Shown here piece after piece: positions 53,758 to 64,000 of a stretch of 64,000 bases of DNA. This DNA is from Entomortierella parvispora E1425. Lineage: Eukaryota; Fungi; Mortierellomycota. Each line of letters begins with the position of its first letter. The stretch's first letter is position 1. The notes below the pieces were generated by a model that saw nothing but the letters and a program-made list of their open reading frames with translations, ran no database searches and was not told where the DNA came from. Where the stretch lies: the NCBI GenBank assembly GCA_020891255.1, contig BQFW01000008.1:62001-126000 (forward strand), written 5' to 3'. Both the position numbers and the translations under genes were made by a program.

Positions 53758-56175
53758 ATGGACTCGACTGAACAAGTACAGGACGGCTCAAAGAAGAACG
53801 AGCGGGACGAAGTCTCGTTCTCTGATGACGATGAGGTGGTTCATTCAGTTCGATTCAAGCGGAAAAAACCCAACACCCATGGAGAAGGCGCCAATGCAGC
53901 GACTGGTGGCGTAACTGCTGCCCCTGCTACTGGACGAGGATCAGGACTCTATCTCGATACCATTCAGAGGTTCATGCTGGACTTTGATTTCGAGAAGGTC
54001 TGCTCCGTATCCCTCTCCAATTTGAACGTCTATGCCTGTCTTGTCTGTGGAAAGTACTTTCAAGGTAAGAAAAAAAGTGGCGACAGGAGGCAAAGTCGTA
54101 AAGGAAACGGTGCAACTGAGCAGGACTTGAGATCGTGGATCTAACCACTGCCACGTGTACTTTACCTCTCTTTAGGACGTGGACCTTCCTCTCATGCCTA
54201 CTTTCACAGTCTTCACGAGAACCACCACGTTTACATCAACCTGAATACACTCAAGGTAACAAAATCGGAACCCTGGACATCCATGATGATGAATGATCAC
54301 CTTTCTGACAGGCTTGCATTCATGATCTATAGGTTTACGTCTTGCCTGATTCATACGAGGTGACAGACTCTTCATTAGACGATATCAAGGTATGACGGAC
54401 GATAAATGAAGAACTTTCCAGCAATATTGAAATACCACCAAATTGCGACTGACCTTTTCGTTCTTTCTTTTTCGTTTTTTCTTCTCGATACCAGTATGTA
54501 CTTGATCCTAGGTTCACGCCAGCACAGGTAGCGCTCTTAGACAAGACGGATAGGCAGGGGTTTGATTTGAACCGCAAACCCTATATACCAGGTATTTTAC
54601 TATCTGGTTATCTTCAACTGCCGAGTGAGTTCAATGGGTGATATCTATTCTAACATTCGCATCCACAATGTAGGATTTATCGGATTGAATAACGTGAAGG
54701 CGAATGATTATGTGAACGTGGTGATCCAGGTTCTTGCCCACATCCCTCCCATCCGCGACTTTTTCATGCTCAAGCAGTTGGATGACAAGTCAGAGCTCGT
54801 AAAACGATTCAGTACCCTTGTTCGCAAAATCTGGAATCCCTCCGCATTCAAGGGCCAAGTCAGTCCTCACGAGCTTTTGCAGGTAAGGAGCTACTTTTTG
54901 TTCTCTTTCAGTTGCAGCTAACTGCAAGAGATACCCTCCATCATCAATTACTAATGGACCCGCACTGTTTTATCGCATTTTTCTTTCTTTCTTTTCAGGA
55001 AATCTCAAATTCTAGTAACCGCAAGTTCAAGCTGACGGAACAAAGCGACCCATTAGCTTTCTTGTCATGGTTCTTGAATGCTCTTCACAGGGACTTGGGC
55101 GGATCAAAAAAGAAGGACAGCAGTATCATCTACTCGACCTTTCAGGGAGAACTTTCCATTGAGAGTCAGGCGATTGAATCCAAGGCCGTCAAGGGCGGAG
55201 ATAACTCTTTCGACTCTAGCTCTGGTAGGGTTGGATTTTGAAGAACATTTCGCTTCGTATGTACTCTGAACGTTGCACTCACAGAGCTTTGTTCTGCACT
55301 CTTTTTCTACGACTTTCACCTTTCTAGCTATTACAAAGTCAAAGTCGCCTTTCCTCTTCCTGGCTTTGGAGTTGCCACCTCCCCCATTGTTCCACGACGA
55401 GCTTGAAAAGAACATTATCCCCCAGATCCCCTTGTCCACTATCCTCTCTAAATACGACGGATGGACAGTACAGGTATGTCGTTGAGCTTCTTTTTTTTTT
55501 TAATATCTACAAGAGAAACTTGACTGGCACATTGACTCATCTCTGGATTGCAATTGCGACTTTTTAGGAAAATGTAGCAGACTTGAAGCGATTCCAGATC
55601 ACCCGTCTGCCTAATTATATTATTTTGCACATCAAGCGGTTTTCAAAGAACAGCTTTGTTGAAGAGAAGAACCCCACCATTGTGACATTCCCTATCAGGA
55701 ACCTCAGCATGGCAGAATGTATGTTTTGAAAGATGTCTTCTTTTTTGAACTATGACTTTTAAGGATCAGTCCCCGCCCACTGTGTATAACCCCTCACTCC
55801 TCTCATTCTCCTTGTTAGTTGTCTCTGATCCGGAGAAGGAAAAAGCCATTGGACTTCACTACAACCTTTTGGCCAACATTACTCATGAAGGCGACCCAGC
55901 TACACCAAATTCGACCTCGTACAAAGTCCATATCCAGAATCAGGCAAAGGAGCAATGGTACCAGATCCAGGATTTGTTTGTTGAGGAGATCAACGCTCAA
56001 ATGATTTTCTTGTCAGAGTCGTACATCCAGGTAAGTTGGCAATCATCGCATTGCGTCTCTTTCTTTTCAGAGGACAGATAAAGCTCAAAGCAGGATGGAG
56101 TGACCTTGGCAAACTCATGTTTATAATTCTTTCTGTGGCTCGTGATAGGTATGGGAACGCAAAAAAGAAGCCTGA
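53758..56175 (+). CDS. SAD1: U4/U6.U5 tri-snRNP protein Sad1/USP39 (inactive USP with ZnF-UBP)
   Basis: LYLDTI.RFMLDFDFEKVCSVSLSNLNVYACLVCGKYFQGRG, VYVLPDSYEV..SSLDDIK, GFIGLNNVKANDY, PFLFLALELPPPPLF, YNLLANITHEG, WYQIQDL.VEEI.AQMIFLSESYIQVWER. Confidence 0.95.
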
Positions 56176-56411
56176 TTCCGCTTGAGAAAAAAAAAAAAAA
56201 AAAAAAAAGATATCATACGAACTACGCCTCTGAACAATAAAAACAACTCAAAACTGGAGTAGACGTGGGTAATTGCACATGTTGATGGGTATGCTGTCCG
56301 CCCTACTGATTGCTCGTCCGTTTTCTTGAACAGTGTCCTGTTGCGTCGTTGGCAAAAGGCCATGATAGTCTATTATGGATGTGTGTATTCTACAGTGTAC
56401 TCTAATTCTCT

Positions 56412-58398
56412 TTACAGCTCAGTTCTGCGATCCTCCGTGATGGTTATCCGGGACATGGATTCGTCCGACGCTGCGTCCAGCTTACACTGGCGCAAAGCCT
56501 CGTTGGACAACAAGCGAGGCTTTTGAGAATCCTCATCGGAGATCTGACCGAGAGAGGCGGTGACGGCCTCAGGGTCGTAAGCTGTGACCTTGGGGAAGAC
56601 ATAGTTGACGTTCTTAAGATCCTCGACCCATCTCTTGGCCAGATCCACATCCTTCTCTCCAATAAAGTCTCTTGCTGCCATGGCCTCCATCAAGTCGACA
56701 ATACGGACCTCGAGTCTAGAGGAGGTGGATTGCCAGTTGGAAAGAAAGTCGATGAACTTTGAAGTCTGCTCATAGATCTGGAGCTCATCCTTGTAATCAT
56801 CCAAGTAGTTGTGGGCGTTGCGGATCTGGTCGACCGTGGGCTTGGTGAAGCCGAGCGAGCCATTGATGTCCCAAAGAAGACGCTGCACCCAGTATCCGCG
56901 CCAGATGTCGCAGACTCGGAAAGAAACTGGAGGTGAAGAGAGAGCGATGGTTAATAACAAGACACGATCAACAGACAACGGAGACAAGCAAAGAATTCCG
57001 ACGATTGCGGGGAAAAAGACGAGAGATCCTGTACCTGTGATTGGAAGGACAAGACCCCAGAGGGCATCGTAGCTGAAGAGGGTGTTCTGTTTGAAAGTAG
57101 AAAGAAAAGAAAGGTTGGTATCAAAAAACCTTATAGTGGAGCCGGATCTGATTGGACTGAATCGGCAAGGTGCTCAATTCTTTTCATCTTTTTGATTGCT
57201 TTTTTGCTGCTGTTACCTGCGAGTTGAACGGGCAGAAGGTGCCAGGGGCAAGGCGGATCGAGGGTGACTTTTTGCAGAACTTTGCCTTCTTCAACTCCTG
57301 GACCTGGGTCAATCGGAAGATGGCATCCACATCGGGATCCAAGTCTGCAAGACCTTGCTGGATCATCATGGGAGGTGCCAACAATTCCTTGGCCTTTACA
57401 GGGAGCGACTCGGACTCTGGGATGTAGGTAACGGGACGACGGACGTCAATCTCCTCGAGAGGGAATCCACGGGGCCAGATGTCAGGTCTGCCAAAGTGAG
57501 AGTAGATGTTCACGCTCTTTCCGGTGGTCTCATCCGATCGGTAACCCACAACGCCTCCTGTGGGCGATTCAAAGATGATGTCGTTGCCCGTTGGGAGATT
57601 GTCATCTAGTATATTTTTTTCAGGAGAGAGGGAAAAGATACAAACAACAGGGTCGGGTGGCATGGTTAGACTCTAGTACAGGAATCCGAAAATAGTCCTG
57701 AACCATGATGAACAGCATCAACAAAATAAAAAAAACAGCCCTCGTTATCACGTTCACAATACCATCAGTATCAAAGACTCGGGTTGCTCCCTGTTGAATG
57801 GCCCAGAGGTATCCAATGTTCTTGCGAGTGTAGGCCCTGTAAGGAATGACATCCACGATCCCGTAACTGAGGCACTTTTGGTCCTCAACAGACAGGTAGA
57901 CACACGATCCGCAAGTCCATTCCTTGGGGGACTTGGTGTCAGCCACGACGACCACCTAAAGCAAGCGAAGACGGCGTTTTAGTTAAAAGAGGTCTGCATT
58001 GCGCTTCCCCTGCTATCATCATCGTTCAGATATTCAGGGGAAAGGGGTGGCATCCTTTGTTTTGATCCCGAGCAATCAAGACGACGACTCACGTTCCAGT
58101 CCTTGAGGTTGCACAAAAGATCCATAGCATCCGTTGGATCGTTGATGGTGGTCACGACGATCCAGCTCTTGCCCTTGATCAGTCTCTTGTTGTCGAGTTC
58201 ATTGGCGAGAGCAGGGCAATGGGTAGTATCAGTCTCAATCTTGCTCTCGGATGGGGACTGAGAAGGGTATCTGGCGTGGAAGAGTGAGAGGAAGAGAAAA
58301 AAGCCGATGGCACAGGCGATGATCATAAGCTTCTTGTGGCGAGGAGAGCGGTGGAGAGCGCTGTAGCTGGGTTCGCTGAAACTGAACTGGGCGACCAT
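56412..58398 (-). CDS. STELLO-like (DUF288) putative type-II membrane glycosyltransferase
   Basis: TM anchor, WIVVTTINDPT, VVVADTKSP.EW, IPYRAYTRKNIGYLWAIQQGATRVFDTDDDN, WPRGFPLE, IQQGLADLDPDVDAIFRLT, CPFNSQNTLF...A.W.L.LP.TVSFRVCDIWRGYW.QRLLW. Confidence 0.88.
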
Positions 58399-59011
58399 GG
58401 TGCCGTCTTCTTGGTCGTTTGCTTGTCGGTGGAGTCGGGAGAGAAGGAGAGGGCAAAGGGACAAAAGAGCAGACGAAAGAGAGAGAAGAAAGAAGAGAAG
58501 AGGGAAAAAGAAAGACCTCTCAAGTTCATATGCACCCACACGTTGGAAAAGTACATGTATTTTTCATGTAACGAGAGAGAAAAAAAAAAAGTCAAAAACG
58601 ACAAGGTCAGAACCCCGACAATTTGACCTCCAGGAGGATCAGACCCACAAGAGCGCAATATCCGCCCCTCGCCCTCGGTACATTTCAGCCGCCGCTGCTT
58701 CAAAAGAAAGAGAGCGTTTCCTGCGGGAAGGGACAGATAGAAAACCCCTCCACTCAGCAACCCTCCCCCGCCAATTGGAACTAATGGGGCTCCAGCCTGG
58801 AGGCTTGTCCCCTGTTGGTGGCAATTCGTTATTTCCTACCCGTATGGGAAATAGCGGCAGACGCACGGTCCACCCTGGACAAGCTGTTCATTCTCAAACA
58901 TGCAGCTGCAGCTCCTTTGCAACATGGGTGAGGAACAAGGTCCGGCTCTGGCCATTCATTCAAACAACGGTCATGCCTCAAATGCTTTTATTCACCATGG
59001 TTATAGCTTCC

Positions 59012-61198
59012 TCACACCTGACTTCCCATGAGCATCGATGCAGCCGTCTTTAAAGCCACAAACAACCCAACTTTTTGCCTAACCTGCTCTGAATACTCCT
59101 CTGGCAGTGACCCTGCCGCAGCTGCAAATAGATCCTTCCCAGAAGACTGCATACCCACCTCTTCATTGTCATCTATACTTTCGTCTTCAGAGGTGGTGAA
59201 GCAGGAAGATGACGATGTAGATAGACTCTCCGGTCCTTCATCATCAGACACCCTATCATTTCTATCCTGTTGGAAAACATATTCCTCCTCTTCTTCAGCA
59301 ATAATAGAGTACCTCCTTCTCTTATCGGTAGTTTGATCCCATGGGCTTTCTTTGATGGATTGTGGGTGATTGGAACGGTCGGGTGGTCGCAAGACGAGCG
59401 CACCTTGTGTGGATGGGTTTGAGGGAGGATGAGGAGGTCCCGTCAGAGCCTTCAGCGACATGTATCCAGGTGTCTCTTTGTAAGCAATGCCCGCTTTGAC
59501 CAGTCCTGTCACAGTGGCGAAAAACGTCTCTGCCACCACTTCATGAATGGCGTACTGTTCATCCAACTCGATCGCCTTCTCGATTGAATTCTTGGACAAT
59601 TGCCATGCTCGTTCTTGCAAATTAAACCTCTGGTCGACGTGGGACAGAATGGCCCGTGAGGTCCGTAGACAGGTCTTGATCACGTCCGGAATGGGTGACT
59701 GCTTCAACCGTATTGCAGATTGAACAGCCGTTGTGATGATGGTGTCACCAATGGACGATCCCGTTTGAATCCGTCCGTTGCTTCGACCTCCTTTTCTTCT
59801 TCGACGACCTCCTCGACTGCCTCGGCTCGAGCGCGCCGATTGTGTAACAGGGGGAGGAGAGGTGGACCCACCATCGTCTGTCAGGACGAGGGCATGCTGG
59901 TCGATGAGATGGGTTGCTTGCTCGTGGTGTCGGCGGTGTCGATGGCGACGACGACGTCTGCGCTGCTTTTCATTGATGTCTTCATCTGCAGAATCAAACT
60001 CATGATCTTGCAAGAACCCTCGCAACTGGGCCTCAAATGCCTCTCGGCGCAAGGGGTCGCAAGTCTCGACTGGATCCGGCACCGGGATTCAAAAAGGGGC
60101 AAAAGAAGAAAGAGAGGAATGAGAATCTATAGACTTTCAGGGCAGAATACCGGGAAAAAAGCGTTACTTGGGTACTTGGGACTTACTGGGTATAGCGTGC
60201 ATCAGCGTCGATATAGCTGCCAAATATAACTCAAAGGCGTCATCGCCCTCCTCATCATCCAGGGTCTTTGACAACTCTTCCTTTTCTATAGCCAGGGAAG
60301 CTAAAGTGATGGCCTGATCGACCAGCTTTTTGTTTAGTTTTCGATAATGAATATCCTCTGGTGAGATTGGCTTGCTCTCCTTGCGATGGGTGGTCTTGGA
60401 TGCGATGTAATTCAAGGTCGAATCCATCACTGGGTGTTTGATGATACGACCCGCCACCGGGATGGATCCCAATTGCTCCTTGGACGGTAGCAATCCTGAC
60501 CCCACGGCGGTGACGGACGTGACAACCTTGCGCGCAGCCCTGAAGGGGGTCATGGGCGAAGGTCTCGGGATCGAAGGAAGACGACCCTGCCAAGTCGTCA
60601 AGAACGAAAGCGAGGGTGAAGAGGGCGGAGTCGTAGAAGGACTGGGGCTGGCCGAGATATTAGCCGTCGCAGCGGCTCTCAAACTTGGGGAGGCGGGCGG
60701 TGTCCCTGCAGGAGTGGACGCAGCAGAACCCGCACCCGTTCTTCCAAAGAACATTGAGGAGGACGACGGCGGCGGTGGGTTGCCCGGATACGACTGAGGC
60801 GCGCCTGAGGATCGAATGTCCAGAGGCTCGACCTCATCCTCGACCACCACGGCCGGAATGGAAGCGAGTGATGTCAAAGACGGCGTCCCGGGGAGGGAAA
60901 TGGACTGCGGGCCCAGAGGTGGGGACGGCAGATTTGATGGCGACGATGAAGATTTTTTGTGCCAGGACCTCGGTTTCGGAGGGGACGAAGACACGATGGT
61001 GTCTGCGGCGGAGGGCCGAAAGAACTTTGCTCGGTCAAAGCTATCCATGGAGGCCCTTCCAGGAACCCTGTTACTGTTGCTGGATTTGGGGGGAGCAACA
61101 TCATTGACGGAGCTCAGGGTGTGGACAGCAGAGAGGGAATTGTTACGTCGGATGCCGTTCCTCAGCGACGCACTGGATCCATGAGAACCAGAGGCCAT
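59012..61198 (-). CDS. Hypothetical protein with Ser/Pro-rich N-terminus and a MIT-like helical segment
   Basis: Two exons joined in frame by a GT-AG intron (AIP|IETCDPLRR); LVDQAITLASLAIEKE...DAFELYLAAISTLMHAIP resembles MIT helices; globular C-terminal block IGDTIITTAVQSAIRLKQSP...LDEQYAIHE. Confidence 0.7.
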
Positions 61199-63531
61199 GG
61201 AGAGTCAACGAAGGGAGGATGAAGGCAGAAAGAATTTCTTTGCAGGGCAATAAAGAGTTCACAAGCGAGTATGAGAAGATAAAGTGAAAAAAGATAGGTG
61301 GCAAGGAGAAGAGAGATGGAGAGAGAGAGAGAGAGAAGAGAGGTGGGTATCAAACAGGCGATTGATGTCGTTATGTTGAAGCAAGCTGTGCTATTTTTTT
61401 TTTTTTTTCGTTGTTTGGTCTTTTTCTTCCTTTTTTTTTTTTTCTTGGCTGGCTCCTTTTTGGTCGTATCAAAGGGCCGATTCGGGTGGAGGGTATTTTC
61501 TGTTTGTTTGTTCGTTACAGATATGAAAAAGAAATGGTTCTCGCTTGCTGAGAATGTGAGCACAGACGCGACGCAACTCTTTCTTTATGGAGAAAAATGT
61601 TTTGGTGTGTACAACCCACAGACTGAAGTGAACTGATTGGAGATGGAGGTTGGAATGAAGATGAGTTTAATGAGGAGGAATGGAAAGAGAGATGAGAGAG
61701 AGGGGAGGAGGGGCGAAGTCGAAGGCACCGTCGTCGTCGTCGCGGATCAGCGGGGAGACAAAGACCCAAGGTCCTTTTATGATGAAGACGAATCGAGGCG
61801 GGAGTCCCAATTTGCACTCTCACATGAAAGCACGAAAAGCACCGAAAAAAAGAGGTGAGAGAGACGATCGGACAAAATGACACTATCATTGTCGTGATTG
61901 TGATAGTGCAAACGAGATCCCGAAGAGGGCCCGGGGCCAATCGCCCAGAGCAGGGCAGCGCAGGGCACAGAGAGTGAACGACTGCAGCAATGGTGCGCCC
62001 GTCTTGGATATGCACGCACACATCCTTGCATCGCCGTGCGTCAAAGATCTTTTTTTGTGCTCAATTGCTCGAGACAGAGACAGAGACGTAGAGACAAACA
62101 GCAAAGACACATGCAAGATGGATCTGAATTGATTTGTCCCTGCACTCTGCGCTGAAGCCATCTGCAAATTCTGAAGTTCTGTTGTTTGCTCTTGTCATTG
62201 CTCGAGCCATGGTTCCTTCCTCTCTTTCGCCTTCTACCCCTCATCTCTGTCCCCAATGCTCTCTGGATGCTCTCTCTGCCCACGGAGCACTCCAAAAGAA
62301 GCATGGCCTTTCTCCCCCAACATCCGATCCAACAATGAATTATTACCCTGTCGTCCCCCCCTCCCCCCAAATTGATCCAGGGGGATAGATGCTTCACTGT
62401 GATAGCCGGTTCATTCGTAGCATAGGATAAAAGAGACCTTCTATCCAATCACCCCCATAACCACATTCATAGCGTGCGTGTCCCTTCCCAACCAAAAAAG
62501 CTTCATTCACGCCCCTCGGACGCACTCTTGTGTGCCCTTTCAAAAGTCATATTGCTCCCCCACATGTTTCTTTTCTTGTCAACGCCCCTTTTACCAAAAA
62601 CAAAGACGGGTTGGGAAGCCCGCGTAACAAAGCATGGGGTGTCACAGGGTACACACCCTGTTTGAAGAAAAAAAAGAACGAGAGGAAAGAAAGAAAAAAA
62701 AGAGATGCACACCAGAGACAACAGAGTCGAGAGAAAGAAAGAGAGATGCTGATAAGCCGAGAGATGATGGATGGTACACAAACACGTCTCTACGAGTTTT
62801 TTTTTTTTTTTTTTTGTGGCAACATGGGAAAAAAAAGACCTCAGAGGCGCACCGTTGGCGTGATTGTTGTCCTACTCCAGATACCGGTCCATGAACATGG
62901 TACAGGACCGTTTTGCATGTCGTCCAAAAATGTTATAGATTGACACAGCTCTGTGTTGTCATCCATCTTCCTCGAGCCATGCACAAAAAAATAAGGTGTA
63001 CGTACATTATCTGCAACAAACAACAACAGGGACAGATACCCGTGTCAAAACGTGTTCCGTCCTGTGGTGCCATGCGGCGGCGGCAAGATGCGGTGATTAT
63101 TTTTTTCATTAATAGACCAAGACGGTGGTGGCCACGAGAGAAAAAAAAGAGAGCCTCAGGAATCATGCAACGTCAAGGAAAAAGAAAAGACGATCATGAC
63201 GTTGTCCAGGAAAAAGTAAAAGATAAGACCCTCCCGCCAGTTAACCAGGGAGGCTGAACGTGCAGTGCCTCTTCTTCGTCCGGGTTGGGCTGTTCCTGCC
63301 CGATCTTTCTTTTTCGTCTCTTGCCTTGGCGGGAAAGAAAGGGAACATTCATCCTGCGTCGGAGAATGGATCGGGGACCTTTGCCTCATGAGGTTGCCGC
63401 CAAAAAAAAAAAAAAAAATCCTAATTTACTTTTTTCCTTCATTGGGATACTCGACTTGCCGACGCGTTTATTTTCAGAGAACCTCTTCAAGATCTGATGA
63501 AGGGAAGGCAAGCGATGAAAGGAGAGTCGCT

Positions 63532-64000
63532 CTACATGGCGCACTCGCTCATCATGTCCGCGGGAACATAGCTCTCGATGAACGACAAGAAGGTGTCCAA
63601 GGGGCAGGCGTCCAAGGTGCAGTTCAAATTGGGATTCGCAGGCACAACTCTGCCCTCAAAGAGCGCACGCACGACTTGATCGCCAGCCTTTGCTCCAGTA
63701 GTACTGTTCGCCTCCAACTCCCAGGTCTCCAGGATCAGGGTCGAGGCGTAGCCGGGCCAGGGGGTGTCGGGATCTGCAATCACAGCCAGGTTCTGATCAA
63801 TGGTCGCATCGTGAGCCGAGTAAAACTCAAAGGGCTTGACGCCAGAAGTACCGTTCACGGTTCCACGGATACCATTCGCAAGAGTCTTCAAGAACGGTCC
63901 AGATGTCAATCGCTTGGCCTCCTCAGCGCCGGCTTCGTAACGCAATGGGCCATGAGCGTAGAACATGGTGCCCGCAATGGCTTGAGCAGCTTCGTCGCCC
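63532..64000 (-). CDS. Histidine acid phosphatase (branch 2), 5' part outside window
   Basis: Open frame to window edge with FYSAHDATI (catalytic HD), P.YAS.LILE.W, VR.L..G, C....CPLDTF.......P.D...EC. Confidence 0.8.
   Translation of the reverse strand, partial: GDEAAQAIAGTMFYAHGPLRYEAGAEEAKRLTSGPFLKTLANGIRGTVNGTSGVKPFEFYSAHDATIDQNLAVIADPDTPWPGYASTLILETWELEANSTTGAKAGDQVVRALFEGRVVPANPNLNCTLDACPLDTFLSFIESYVPADMMSECAM

Noticed and set aside
54283-54308. ATGATGA...CTGA (C/D box-like) in a SAD1 intron
   Set aside because: Boxes are ~15 nt apart, too short for a snoRNA; CTGAC is the branch point.
62484-62661. 10-bp inverted repeat (62484-93/62609-18) and 7-bp hairpin (62644-61), possibly MITE-like
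   Set aside because: No target-site duplication or second copy in the window; length compatible with chance.

Overview
Eukaryotic, intron-rich, gene-dense fungal DNA (~50% GC, short GT-AG introns with T-rich tracts). Gene content (PRL phosphatase, STELLO-like GT, MscL, SIRT4) and style suggest an early-diverging fungus, probably Mortierellaceae; this is inference. I can support about 27 protein-coding genes, two cut by the window edges. Most are housekeeping: SRP receptor beta, CLPTM1, Trm10, sphingolipid delta-8 desaturase, Yme1, DCAF-type WD40, PA2G4, Ubp12, Bc10, a Psh1-like RING, Pdr16-like CRAL-TRIO, F-box/WD40, SIRT4, CLASP-N, Sad1 and a histidine acid phosphatase. I recognised no rRNA, tRNA, CRISPR array or intact transposon. 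The most striking region is ~37.7-43 kb. A siderophore-iron MFS transporter and an uncharacterised 8-Cys secreted protein sit among seven perfect ATCWGATAA (SreA-type iron-repressor) boxes, the only ones I found by eye in the window. Between them is a compact multi-hairpin element that folds better on the minus strand and begins at a 5' splice-site consensus. Other leads: an intron-containing bacterial-type MscL with a zinc ribbon and altered gate residues, a tandem double alpha/beta-hydrolase, an orphan AtmA/PaxA-like membrane protein, a head-to-head AlkB-type dioxygenase/Trm10 pair, a STELLO-like glycosyltransferase and two GC-AG introns. Exon structures were built by hand and need RNA-seq confirmation.
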